In this document: piece after piece, positions 22,575 through 35,716 of the stretch
Layout: every line of letters starts with the position of its first letter
Numbering within the stretch: the first letter of the stretch is position 1
NCBI GenBank assembly: GCA_030390025.1
Contig: JASTWF010000332.1
Span: 186,001-250,000 of the forward strand
Direction: 5' to 3'
DNA: 64,000 bases
Source: Squalus acanthias
Lineage: Eukaryota
Translations under genes and position numbers: made by a program
The notes under the pieces: model-generated
Databases searched by the model: none
What the model was told of the DNA's origin: nothing
What the model saw: the letters and a program-made list of their open reading frames with translations, nothing else

Positions 22575-24676
22575 ATAGAATCAGAATGGTTACAGCACAG
22601 GAGGCGGCCATTTGGCCAGTCGAGCCTGTGCCGGCTCTTTGCAAAAGCACTTCAGCTAGTCCCACTGCCCCGCCCTCTCCCCGTAGCCCTGCAAATTTTT
22701 TCCTTCAGGTACTTATCCAACTCCCTTTTGAAAGCCACAATTGAGTCTGCCTCCACCACCCTTTCAGGCATTGCATTCCAGATCCTAACCACTCACTGCA
22801 TAAAAAAGTTTTTCCTCATGTCGCCTTTGGTCCTTCTGTAAATCGCCTTAAATCTGTGACCGCTCGTTCTCGACCATTCTGCCAATGGGAACAATTTCTC
22901 TCTATCTACTCTGTTTAGACCCCTCATGATTTTGAACACTTCTATCAAATCTCCTTTCAACCTTCTCTGCTCTAAGGAAAACAACCCCAGCTTCTCCAGT
23001 CTATCCACGTAACTGAAGTCCCTCATCCCTGGAACCATTCTCAAATCTTTTCTGCACCCTCTCTAAGGCCTTCACATCCTTCCTAAAGTGCGGTGCCCAG
23101 AATTGGACACAATACTCCAGTTGAGGCCGAACCAGTATTTTATAAAAGGTTCACCATAACTTCCTTGCTTTTGTACTCTATGCCTCTACTTATGAAGTCA
23201 CCTATATATGCTTTGGCGATTCTGTATCTAATTTACTTCACCTGAGGAAGGGGCAATCGATAGCTCCGAAAGCTTGTGATTTCAAATAAAACTGTTGGAC
23301 TATAACCTGGTGTTGTGCGACCTCTCTACTTATGAAGCCCAGGATCCTGTATGCTTTTTTAGCCGCTCTCTCAACCGGCCCTGCCACCTTCAACGATTTG
23401 TGCAGATATACCCCCAGGTCTCTCTGTTCATGCACCCCCTTTAGAATTGTACCCTTTAGTTTATATTGCCTCTCCTCATTCTTCCTACCAAAATGTATCA
23501 CTTCGCACTTTTCTGCATTAAATTTAATCTGCCATGTGTCCACCCATTCCACCAGCCTGTCCATGTCCTCTTGAAGTTCATCACTCTCCTCCTCACTGTT
23601 CACTATACTTCCAAGTTTTGTGTCAGCTGCAAATTTTGAAAATGTGCCCTGTACATCAAAGTTAATATACATCAAGAAATGCAGTGGTCCTAGTACCGAC
23701 CCTGGGGAAGACCACTGTATACCTTCCTCCAGTAAGAAAAACAACTGTTCACCACTACTCTCTGTTTCCTGTCACTTAGCAAATTTTGTATCCATGCTGC
23801 CATGGTCCCATTTATTTCATGGACTTCAACTTTGCTGGCAAGCCAATTATGTGGCACTTTATCAAATGCCTTTTGGAAGTCCATGTACACCACATCAACC
23901 GCATTGCCCTCATCAACCCTCTCTGTTACCTCATCAAAAAACTCAATCAAGTTAGTTAAACACGATTTGCCTTTAACAAATCCGTGCTGGCTTTCTTTAA
24001 TTAATCCATACTTGTCCAAGTGACTGTTAATTTTGTCCTGGATTATCATTTCTAAAAGTTTCCCCACTATCAAGGCCTGTAGTTGCTGGGTTTATCCTTA
24101 CACCCTTTTTTGAACAAGGGTGTAACATTTGCAATTCTCCAGTCCTCTGGCACTAGCCCCATATCCAAGGAGGATTGGAAGATTATGGCCAGTATCTCCG
24201 CAATTTCCACTTTTACTTCCCTCAGCATCCGGATGCATCCCATCCGGTCCTGGTGACTTATCTACTTTAAGTACAACCAGCCTTTCTAGTACCTCCTCTC
24301 AATTTTTATCCCATCCAGTATCTCAACTACCTCCTCTTTCACTATGACTTTGGCAGCATCTTCTTCCTTGATAAAGACAGATGCAAAGTACTCATTTAGT
24401 ACTGCAGCCTTGCCCTCTGCCTCCATGCTTAGGTCTCCATTTTGGTCCTTAATCGGCCCCACCCCTCCTCCTACTACCGGTTTACTATTTATATGCCTAT
24501 AGAAGACTTTTGAATTCCCTTTTATGTTAGCTGCCAATCTATTCTCATATTCTCTCTGCCCCTCTTATTTCCTTTTTCACTTCCCCTCTGAACTTTCTAT
24601 ATTCAGCCTGGTTCTCACTTGTATTCTCAACCTGACATCTGTCATACACCCCCTTTTTCTGCTTCATCTTACTCAC
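22575..24676 (-). mobile_element. 5'-truncated CR1 LINE (family B), RT pseudogene
   Basis: ORFs 24286-24537, 23690-24073, 23238-23744 and 22793-23044 carry RT motifs; atagaatc tail. Confidence 0.92.
23198..23323 (+). mobile_element. Penelope-derived hammerhead mini-insertion with a 14-bp TSD inside CR1
   Basis: TCAC-CTGAGGA-A-GGGGC aatcgata GCTCC-GAAAGCTT^GTGA followed by the same tail as 6810-6860; CTCTACTTATGAAG is duplicated at 23184-23197 and 23324-23337. Confidence 0.85.
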
Positions 24677-24677
24677 T

Positions 24678-25478
24678 GGGGGCGATTTTGTCAATGGGGG
24701 CACGTTGGAGGCGGGACTGCTGCTCGTCGGGTTTTAGTCTCGCCTCCATCGACTTCTGGCCAACCCACGCTATTTTCCCTTGATTGACCTTGTTAAGCCT
24801 GCCCAACGGGCTTAGCAGGCCAATTAAGGGGAAGCCAGTTACAGAGAAAGTCGGCGTATGACGTTTCATCTGTGAAGCTGTCAAACACTGACATTCTATG
24901 TTGTTTGATGAGTCCTTTTATTCAAGACTCATCAAACCTCTTTTGTGAGCAGAAATTAGATGGTTGTTGCATTGGAGAATGCAGCAGCCATCTGTCATCT
25001 GTGCCGGTGAGATGCGAGAGTCTCCGCATCCCCAACTGTTGAAGCCTGCAGGAAGAAACAAAGGTAAGTAAACATTTTCTATCACTTTCCACTCACCTCA
25101 CATACTTACCTCTCCACACTTGCACCCATCACTTGCCTTCACAGCGCACTTTTGCACCCCTCCGACCCCCGCAGATCCACTGCTCGCCTCGGTGATCCTG
25201 GCGGGGTTCGCAGCCTTCAGGAAGCCCGTACTTGTGTGGGTAAAGTGGAGATAATCCTCTTATCTGCCTGTTAACTACCTGTTAACAGGCAGTTAAGTGG
25301 CTGTAATCCCCTTCCCGCCACCAGGAGACGGGACCCGGCCCGGGTCGACTACCCGCCTCCCAGGAAGATGGCACGGAAGTGGGTTGGAGGCGGGATGGGC
25401 ACCCGCCCCCAGATTTTGCCATTTTCCCGGCAGTCCCGCCTCCAAACCTGCCTCCCCAGGGCTGGCAAGATCGCGCCC
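24678..25478. mobile_element. MITE / deleted DNA transposon (PIF/Harbinger-like)
   Basis: Termini ggggcgattttgtca / tggcaagatcgcgccc; perfect 16-bp subterminal IR ttggaggcgggactgc (24705-24720) / gcagtcccgcctccaa (25430-25445). Confidence 0.7.
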
Positions 25479-25485
25479 TCTATCT

Positions 25486-25685
25486 CTTATCCCTCAACCA
25501 ACATCACTCAAACAGATTATCTGGTCATTGCTGTTTGTGGGAGCTTGCTGTGTGCAAACTAGCAGCCACATTTCCTACATTACAACAGTGACTACACTTC
25601 AAAAAAGTACTTCATTGGCTGTAAAGTGCTGTGGGATGTACTGAGGTCATGAAAGGCGCTATATAAATGCAAGTCATTCTTTCTG
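25486..25685 (+). mobile_element. Deu-like SINE 3' half
   Basis: Matches ~390-596 of this window. Confidence 0.85.
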
Positions 25686-28600
25686 TCTTTTACTGAAATT
25701 ACAAACTGAATGAAAAATAGAGACGTTTTAAAAATCTTTTCAAAAATATATCATTTAAATTAAAACATGTGTAAACAATGTAAGAAGAGAGATTTAATAT
25801 TCCAAACGACTTACAAGGAGAGTCATCCAGAATGAAGTCGGGGTCACTCTCCTGTCCTCGTCCTTTGCTTCTAGACTCTTGGTCATCTAAAGTATACAAT
25901 AATCAACAACACAATTATTAAACCAAAATAGTAAAGCACGAATAAATCACCACAACAAAAAATCCTCCCTCCTATTGCAGACTGCCAACGCACTACAAGA
26001 AAAGTGGTACAAAATGTATCAACTGCATTAATGAATCAAATCGGGAAAACTTCAGGTGGCAAACCACAGGAACAGCAAGCCAACGATACATTCATTTAAG
26101 CATTACTTACAATAAAATATCTCAGTGCTTGGCGAGAAACCCATTTTGCAATAATGACATTTGCAAATAGAAAATTAGGAACGGCACACCTTGTATTAAA
26201 AAAACAACTCATCGATATGTTAGAGAGAGAAAAATAATTTCCATTCATATAGTGAAGTGAATTATGATCCAAACTTAGTGTTTTTCTTTTTCAAATAAGA
26301 AATCAACTGCCCCTCAAGCCCTCCTCCTTCATAAAACAGCAAGATCCAAAAGATGCAAAAGCTCCCAAAGCTTAAAACATTGCATCAGGAAACGGCCGTT
26401 AAAATGAAGGGGAAAACCAAGCCTCAGCTCAACTCATCACCTCTGTAAATCAGTACTGAACAGCACTGATCCCATCCTATCAGGTGTTTTTCAGTCAGGT
26501 GACTAACGTGCGATCCAGTGTCTGGTCAATTCCTTCTCACTGTCTTTGTAAGACTAAGTTAAATCAGAACTCCTCACACAGCCAAGGCTACAATCTGAAT
26601 CAGAAATACTTTACTCATCTGTATTTCTGACAGTCAGATTTCATTCAAGCCGTTCTATTCCTTAAACGCCATGTTCACAAAATCAACTCTTAAAATGGTA
26701 CGTCTTCAAGTGTTTGGAAAGCAAACAAAGTTGCCAAAATCTTTTCGATGAAGAGCGTGTCCCTTCAAAACACCAAGTGCCACCCTGGGCCAGTGGGCAC
26801 AATTGATAGCAATCGTGTAACGGATACTTTATCCACAATGTTTTGAAAATTACTCGCAAATTTGGTACCATTTTATGATTTGCTTCTTGAGGAAGTGCAA
26901 AATGTAATACAAAATCCATTAAACATTTTGGAGAATAAAAAAACTGGTATTTCTGGGGTTAAAAAGTAGGACTGAATATTTCAGACTCCTTCACCTCGGT
27001 TCACCCGGGTATTTTCTCAGTGTCTGTTTACATACCAGCTGTGTGCCTGTTGTAAGTGTAAAACTACCATTTTCAATTTATTAGCATGAATTCAGTGTGA
27101 AAACACAGCAGTGTCAACTACACGTACTTCGATGTAGTTGCGCTGCCTCCACTGGAACCCGATTGTGGATCAGCACTGAGTGAGAGCCAACATAACAGAC
27201 TTCAAGTCCGGCTATCTCAAGTCAGGCTGGTAGATTTGGGTCAATAAATTGATGCACGGAGTTTGCAGCTGGATGAGACAATCCCCTCGAGGGTCTCGCA
27301 GGCTTCCTGATTCCTTCACATGCTGATCGTGGCTGCCCCACTCAGAAGCGGGTGAAAAAGTCATCGGGGTCCCATGTGCATCATGGGACCCTGATTGGTA
27401 TTGATTAACAAGGCTCCCGCCAGAGTCCAGTGGGAACCTCCTCCGCCAGCAAAATCCAGTGGTGTTAAAATTGGGAATGGAGCGGGAAATGGAGCCACTC
27501 CATTTGAACTACTCCCTCACTCCTTTCCCGCCGATCGGGGAAGAGTTACAGTTCATCTATTACATGGTACTGGGGATTGGAACAGCACCACATGATACAA
27601 CAGTGGTGGCATTTCAATCTCAAGATGCTGCTCTGCTTGAAGTGCTGAGCAGAAATCCAGCAGGTCTCCGCTTGGGAAAGGACAGAAAACTGAATGATGG
27701 AAATGGTCCCAGAGTCCACCCGTATGCCACTCCCAGCACCTGACTAAGAGAATTTTTCCTACCTTCTTGGAGGCCCAGAAGGATCAAACAAAAGAATACC
27801 AGACAGAGAAAGCAAAGCACACACACACACTCAAAAAGGTTTACCTACTCAGAACATTCTTTTGCTAAAGGTTACCTCTTCATAGATCTTGGCTACCAAA
27901 CATAAATGGAAACAGGACATCTCTGATGTCAAGCACAAAGATTCTTGCAGAGCCTATTCTGTTGTTCTCTTTGGAGAAGTCCTTCGGGGAGACCTTTTCT
28001 TCGTAGGTGAATTGATTTTTTTTTTTTTTAAATACATACGACACACAAGTACACAAACTATTTTCCCATGTTCCTTATTTTTCGAATGCCATTTTGTGCT
28101 TAGGACATGAATGCACAGGGTGCGGGGAAGTCTGAAAATAACCTACACCTACGCGGAGTAAGCGGACGAGTCATCACTCTGACAAGAATAATTGAGTTCC
28201 CCTCTGCAGTTATTAAAGCTCTTCCTGTAAACAATGACTGTGCTGGTTGCCAACATAATGAGGCAGGTAGCCCAGAAACCACTGGACTAATGTTTGCAGA
28301 AATGGGTTAAAAGCTTGAAGTTGACCAGTGCCAACATACATTATACAAAGAAAAAATGAGCTGGACGCAAGAACATCAGCTTGTTGCTTTCTCATATATT
28401 TGTGCAGGTAACGCGAGAGTGAGAGCACAGAACATGATTAACGCAGACACTGCTTTTAATTAGAACTGCCAGCATGATGGCTCCCTGTGGTGGCTGCTGA
28501 CTGTTGCATCCAATGGCTGCTCTTGGGTAATGAGTAATTTGGAAAGACAACAGAGTCGACGAGTGTTAACTAATTACAAACATTTACTTATCTTTGAGCT

Positions 28601-29999
28601 GCCATCACTGCTTTTTACACAGAAAGCAATGGGTCTGCAAGGTCATTCTGCTCAATAACTGGTACATTGCTCAGCTTTGCAGGTTTAAAATAAATCAGGA
28701 TCAACCATTCAGAAACAACTTGCACACTGCAATTAATAAGAACTGAATGTTTGAACACACCAATGTGCCTCCCTTACATCACATACCGTTCACTTAAAGG
28801 GGCATTATAACCTTAATAGGCCACCTTTGGGCTTGTTTAGTTGCTGGAACAGCCTGCTTTGCAAGCTTTAACTGTGACATTGTCTTATTGACTTCCAATG
28901 TGAGTTGGCACTGTACTTTCTGCAATGTGAATACTCACAGCACAATTCTTAAAAAGGTCTAAGTTTCAATAAAAACAGAAATAAAAATAATGGGGCTGAT
29001 TTTCCTGACCTTTGCCCCCAAGGAATGCCTATTCCCTGCTGCATAGTTCAGGTAAAATGGGCCAGAGATTCTGTACCCCAGTCTCCAGCCCCTTTACATT
29101 ACCCCAAGATTTTCAGGTCCTCCCCAGGAGAGTGGATGCGGTGGGGGAAGGGTGAGGATGGAGCTGGGCCTGCAACGAGAATAGATACAGACCCAGTCAG
29201 CGTTGCTAGAGCAACGAGGTGGGAGGGGGCATTCCTAGCTTTCTATCTCAACAGCATCATCAATGGACGGAAGAGCACCTCAAGAAGATGTTGATAGACT
29301 TGCATTGGGACCCTCCTCAGATTGGAGGACCTGGCACGAAGCTAAAGAGGACCAAAAACTGGGAAGTTGGACAAAAACTGGGAAGTTGGAATAGTTTAAC
29401 AACTTTCTCAATTGGAGGCTCAGGCTTCTCGGCAGAGAGGAGGCCAAGCTGCATTCTATTGGAGTAACCAACGGCACATCCGCATCCTAAACCTCATCTG
29501 GCCATCCAGCTGGGTTTTTTGTTGTTGCACAAAGTGGAAAAATATATCACACAGATTTATTTTTAAATTCAGGCTCGATGCAGAATGCTTGAAGTTTCCA
29601 CTATCCAAGTGCCTCTTGTAATTGTTAACAGTTGCATCTGAATCACGGCTACCAACGGCAACAATCTCATCAATTCGCAGACATACTAGATAGGTAGTGG
29701 CGTGCGTAAACAGATGCCACATTCAATCACCACCACAGCTGCGGACCAAGACCTTTACGAGCTCTGTCAGCAACCGAAGCCCAGTCCTATAAATACTCAG
29801 GGGCTCAAACATCTGAGCAGCCATAGGAGTCGTAAATGAATAAATTCCACAGCAAATTGCTTCTAGCTGCACACACTGAATCAAGAGAACCGCAAAGCAT
29901 GAACCTTCAGCAGTGGATGGTGATTGAACGCTCCGTATGGGCAGCGTGTGGATTGTTGTTGTTAATCACTACTTCAAAGTTCGCTCAAGGTCAACCCAC

Positions 30000-30092
30000 C
30001 TTCTTCTTCTTCCTGAGGAGGACTTTGACCCCATCAACCGACACCATTATATTCACTTTCTTCTTCTTGATGTTCTTGGCTTTGAATTCATA
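30000..30092 (-). CDS. NOS1AP: NOS1AP (CAPON) internal coding exon, PTB domain (equivalent to human exon 3)
   Basis: The minus strand reads ...tcccttttatttcag|TATGAATTC...AAGAAGAAG|gtgggt: 93 nt, phase 0-0, canonical AG/GT. It translates to [31 protein letters not shown], nearly identical to recalled human NOS1[33 protein letters not shown]. Confidence 0.96.
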
Positions 30093-31929
30093 CTGAAATA
30101 AAAAGGGACGGAAGAGCTCTGTTATATATTAATAAGTGATGCCATCCTTAACCGTCAGGAAAATAAAACATGGAGAATGTTATCTTCATTTCCCTTGAAG
30201 GTTTAAACGAACCGGTGAAGTCTGCACCCCCCCCCACCCCACTCCTTTTCAAATTATAAATAGCAGTGGCACAGTACGTCCCAACATGCTGTGCTGGAGC
30301 GTTGGTAGGTCACGAGCTTTTACCCATGATTCCTGTATGTGGCAAGCGCCATTGGCCTAAGACATTTATCCCCATGGATGGAATGAGTTACATTGGGTCA
30401 CCATCACTTGTTCACAGCAGCCAGCTCAGAACCAAAACGGCCACATGTCAACAGGACACTTCAACCCCGAAACTATATGTAAAAGATTTGTAAAAATGTA
30501 CAACTTGAAAAAAAGGTGAAGACACAACTGGACGTATGTATGCAGACCATGATTTTGCTCTTTCCCTGCAAAAGATAAATGACAATGACCTTTATAATTG
30601 CTGAATACGACAGCGCAGTGAGTCATGATACGGGATAACATTACAGACAGGGAATTGCTTTGCACTGTTGTGGTAGCTTTGCTGAGGTAAGTGAAGCTTC
30701 TGCAGCACAAAACAAAGCAAATATTAATAATGGAAACAAAGGTCCTTGCCTGCAAAGACTGAGCAAGTTAATCCAGTGAATAGCTGACCCACACAGACCA
30801 GCAAGATCCCAGGTTCTGTCCCAATCTCTGCTACAGCAGTAAAGATGCTACAGCTGGGCTCATTGCTGCTGAATTGGCGAGGGGGAAGATTGACCAGAGT
30901 TCCTGCTTCTGATCACCATCCATTAACCCCTGTCAGAAGCACCAACAACAGAATTCAAAAATTGGTGGGAATGGGAAGGGGAGGGAGTGGGGGGCGGGGA
31001 AGAAGTCAGGCAACCAAAAGTTGACAAGTGCATTTCCTCTCTTTGGTTTCTTTCCTGCTGCCCAGACCTTCCACTTTCAGAGCCTGAATCCTTTGCATGT
31101 CTTAGTGAGTTGACAGCACTTGCAAAATAAACAAGCTCTGATAATCTGTTTGAAACACTCTGCAGAGAGATGGGTCAATCTTACATCATGTCTACACAAC
31201 CGTCATTACCTATGAATTGGGAAAGTCAGTCCAGTCATGTTGTTCTTGATCAAAGCTTAATCTTTAATGAAAGCCAAATTAAGTCTTGCATTGTTGTCGA
31301 TCAATGCACAGGCATTTGGAAAATGTACTCCACTTCTAAGAACATTTCAGCCATCTAAACATGTTCTGTTCGTACCATGAATGGTAAAGAGACTTCTGAA
31401 GGTATTTTTTTAAAAACTATCACGCTGACAGCTTACTCCGATTATTTATTCCAAGGGTTTTGAAACCTTCTGCTGTCACCATTACTCCCGAACATTTTTT
31501 TTTAAATCAGTACTGCACCAAAGCAAGTTTCTGCAGAGAGAATGGATCGTCATGTTTCATAGGCATGTCCCTTGGCCATAATCTTACACTGAACCATCTG
31601 TTATACTGTAATTTACTTCACGAGAAGTAGTAATTGTTTAGCCAACCTCCCTTAGTCTCAACCTTGGACCCTTGATTGAAGCTTCAACTAATGAGCTATA
31701 ACAGACAACATCATCTGCTACTCCCTCCACCAGCACAGTAATTCATTCCAAAGCAGACATCCTTGCATGACACTTAAATAGTTCGAAAATATTAAATGTT
31801 GTATGCACATCATCCATTTATATGGGGTTAGTACCAAATCCAAACTGGTCTTACAATTGTTTTGGGAAAAAATACAAATTTGGATCAATCAGGTTCAGAG
31901 GCACCCGTCTCTTTAAAGAAAGTGGCAAA

Positions 31930-32242
31930 GTGACCTTCGGAGGCGCCATCTTTCGGATAAGATGTTCAACCAAAGCCCTGTCTGCTCTTTCAGGAGGACA
32001 TAAAAGATCCCATGGCACTATTTCAAAGAGCAGGGGAGTTATCCCCGGTATCCCTCAACCAACATCACAAACAGATTATCTGGACATCACATTGCTGTTT
32101 GTGGGACCTTGTGTGCAAATTGGTTGCCGCATTTCCTACATTACAACAATGACTGCACTTCAAAAGTATTTATTGGCTGTAATGCGCTTTGGGACTTCCG
32201 GAGGTCATGCAAGGCGCTCTATAAATGCAAGTTCTTTCTTTC
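31930..32242 (+). mobile_element. Deu-like SINE, 5'-truncated
   Basis: Matches ~270-596 of this window. Confidence 0.85.
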
Positions 32243-33345
32243 AGTGTGCATACAATGAGGAGCAAATGCTGTTTTCACTTTCCCAATTGTTTCGGTAAGG
32301 ATGCAAGGAAGAAAAAGTCCACCTGCTCATGTAGTCAATAGTTTGCTGAGTTTCCCATCATTTTTAGCAGCAAGAAAGTTTGATCCCTGGCAGTCCATTG
32401 GGAAGGAATGTGCGTTTATCTGACCACGGCTGGTCCAGTGGGGAGCAGGGGTACATGCGTACACTGCAGCAGTCTAATTGGGCAGGGATACGGATACAAG
32501 TCTATCTGATCCTCAGCAGGCCTGTGAGAAGGCTATGTGTCCATCTAACCCAGTGGGGAGCAGAAACCAATCTGCAGTAGTCTGAATGTGGGAAATGGGC
32601 AGGTATGGGGTGATATGAATCCATTAGATCCTTGGCAATAGTCCAATGGGGAAGCAGTATGATTCCATCAATCTGAATCCTTCAATGAGTAGCGTCTAAA
32701 CATGCTACGGGTGGCTGTATTAGAATATGGAAAGGTCATTGGATCTCCTTAAAACAGACCAAAACTCTTCCCATTGTAACTCTTCTATACCTTTGTAAAT
32801 CTACAAGGTTACAGAAGGAATATAACTGTCCTTGCTAATGGTTTTCAACTGTAACAGTAATTCACTAGCTCATAGCACTCAACTTTTATAGGGACAAGCA
32901 GCATCTGTCCTGCACCCGAGGTAAACACAGCAAAATGGGGCCATCATGACTTGATCGGGACCATGCTGACATGGGATTTGAATACACAAGGCCCCGAGAG
33001 AAGCTAAAAAGTTGAGGTGCTGAACGGGTGTATTTTTCCTTTACATTGTACCCAACAAATGGACTTTTTTGGGTGCTAAACCCAAGTAAATCCATCCTCT
33101 GGTTCATTCCATCGTGCAGACTTTGACTCAATTAGTAACAAATCCACTTGATTCATACAGATTTTTTTTTGTATCTTGGCAGACAGAAACAAATATTTGC
33201 ATGCACAGTATTGCTTGGATTGTTACAGCAGTTAGATAATTTCAGGGGGTATAATTTGGTTTCCTTTGAGATGGGAAAGGAAGATCTGAGAACTGACCAA
33301 ACGTGTTGGTTAAGACCCCTTTAGCATTAACAGCAGGATTTTTGA

Positions 33346-34664
33346 GACAACAAAAGAAATTCTTATGAATACTGGTGGTCTGAACAGATTGCACAGTAGT
33401 GGAGATGGCCGATATCAAGAGCTTTGTTCAAGAGCTGTAGTGTCAGCCGTGGCTCAGTTGGTAGCACTCTCGCCTCTGAATCACAAGGTTGTGGGTTCAA
33501 GTCCCACTCGAGACTTGAGCATGAAAATCTAGGCTGACCCTCCTGTGCAGTGCTGAGGGAGTGCTGCACTCCATTGGAGGTGCTGTCTTTCGGATGAGAC
33601 GTTAAAACGAGGCCCTGTCTGTTCTCTCAGTCGGACGTAAAAGATCCCATGGCACTATTTCAAAGAGGAGCAGGGGAGTTGTCCCCCAGTGTCCTGGCCA
33701 ATATTTATCCCTCAATCAACATCACTAAAACAGATTATTTGGTCATTATCACATTGCTGTTTGTGGGAGCTTGCTGTGCGCAAATTGGCTACCGCATTTC
33801 CTACATTACAACAGTGACTACACTTAAAAACATACTTCATTTGCTGTAAAGTGCTTTGGGATGTCCTGAGGTTGTGCAAGGTGCTATATAAATGCAAGTC
33901 TTTCTTATCAATGAACAGAGACAGTCCAACTAAATTAAAAGCTGTGCTTACTTAATAGGGACATTAGAGACCGACATTCTCATTTGTTTAGGTTATATAT
34001 TGAGATTGTACTTTTGGTATTGACTTTTTTTAATGCTTCAAATTGTTATTTGTAAATAAAATTATTAGAAGCTATAGCCTGTAAATCACCAACCTTCTTG
34101 GTAATATCCACCATTTCGAAGAGTACTCGGTAACACATCAGAAGACTACGTAAAATCCATGAAGCAGTTTAATAAATATGGGGTCATTTCTGGCCCTTGG
34201 GTGCACACTTCTGCAAGGGCAGATAGTATAGGAAAGGTACAGCCTCAGGCTGCAGAGGACAACAGTCTGTGTAGAGAAACTGTTCGACGTTTGAGAAAGG
34301 AGATAACACTCAAAACCCTGTAATAATCTTTAAGCCAATGCAGAGAAAAAAACCCCAGAAAAAGCCCATCTTTAAATCATATTTAATGCTGCAAATCACA
34401 TCCTAGTTTTTGAATGGTAGTCTGCTCACATAGTATGAATCTCTCCAGCTTCCTTTATGCAGGTCAATACCAAAAACACAATCTCAATATATAACCTAAA
34501 CAAATGAGAATGTCTGTCTTTAATGTCTCTGTTAAGTAAGCACAGCTTTTAAGTTAGTTGGGCTGTCTCTGTTCATTCATGAACAAAGCTCTTGATAGCG
34601 GCCATCTCCACTACTGCGCAATCTGTTTGGACCACCTGCATTTATAAGGATTTCTTTTGTTGTC
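33346..34664. repeat. Long inverted repeat (~200-bp arms, 438-bp spacer) with the left arm split by a SINE
   Basis: 33346-33430 plus 33911-34024 is the reverse complement of 34463-34664. Confidence 0.88.
33440..33906 (+). mobile_element. Full-length Deu-like tRNA SINE
   Basis: Box A tggctcagttgg, box B ggttcaagtccc; collinear with 135-596. Confidence 0.88.
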
Positions 34665-34880
34665 CGAGTGCCTGTGTGATGCACGTACGCTCAGAAAATC
34701 CAAACTCTCTGTCCATCGACTTAACCTGCTATAAATCTACGGCAGGGAACTAAATTAGTAGCAGCTCAAGACCATATTCACACATCTGGCTGCAGAATCT
34801 CATATTACATATAGTTTTTAAGCTTTAATTACAGCAACAGAGTTCTCCATTACAGAGAAGCTAAATTCCACTGGGATAAT

Positions 34881-35152
34881 CAACAACAACAACTATAGCA
34901 TCTTTAACACAGTAAAACATCCTGCTTCACAGGAGTGTTATCAAACAAAATTTGACACAGAGCCACGTAAGGAGATATTAGGGCAGATGACCAAAAGCTT
35001 GGTCAAAGAGATAGGTTTTAAGGAGCGTCTTAAAGGAGGAAAGAGAAATGGGGGGGCGGAGAAGTTTAGGGAGGGAATTCCAGAGCTTCGGGCCTAGGCA
35101 ACAGAAGGCACGGCCACCAATGGTGGAGTGATTAAAATCGGGGATGTGCAAG
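34881..35152 (-). mobile_element. L2-type LINE 3' fragment
   Basis: Homologous to 2874-3294. Confidence 0.8.
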
Positions 35153-35716
35153 TGTCATTCTTTTCATCTCATTAATGTTTCTTCTCAGTTTAAGCCCCAC
35201 GACTGTTGTGGAGTTGTTTCTTATACCTCTGGTCAGAGGGCTCGGTTCACACTTATTTAAGACAGCTAAATGACACCTGCCACTTGCTAACCATTAGAGC
35301 TAGACACTGTGATTAGGAATTAATAGGAGCGATTCGCCATTGAGCAGCTGATCGCAGATTCACTGATGATGCTTTTGTCAAATGGCAAATCCTTTTCCTT
35401 CTGTCAGATAGCAAGCTGTCCACAGTATATGGTGAATTTGCTGCATGCTGAAAAATGCAAGGTTTTTTTTACATTTATTTTTTCGAAGAGCATCATTGGC
35501 AAAGGCTTAGGATCGGGTCACCTGGCTTTTTTTTTGGTCTGCAAGGAGATGGGTGGTCCACTGAGGCCAGAGAGAGCGAGCAAAAAAGTTCATAACCTCA
35601 TTTAAAAACAAAAACCTTTTCTTCAGTAACTACAATTTTAAGCCAGAGATCGGTTTGAGAAGACAGCAAGAATCCATTAGGATGTGGTTGCACTTGTGTC
35701 TCATTGAACACTTTTT

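Noticed and set aside
29456..29722. Minus-strand ORF with RIDEIVAV resembling NOS1AP RVEIVAA
   Set aside because: Wrong position (downstream of the exon 3 equivalent) and no flanking similarity; coincidental.
33440..33515. tRNA-like sequences (also ~135-210, 17090-17130, 57849-57910)
   Set aside because: They are heads of SINEs or a LINE with no complete cloverleaf or Pol III terminator, so not functional tRNA genes.
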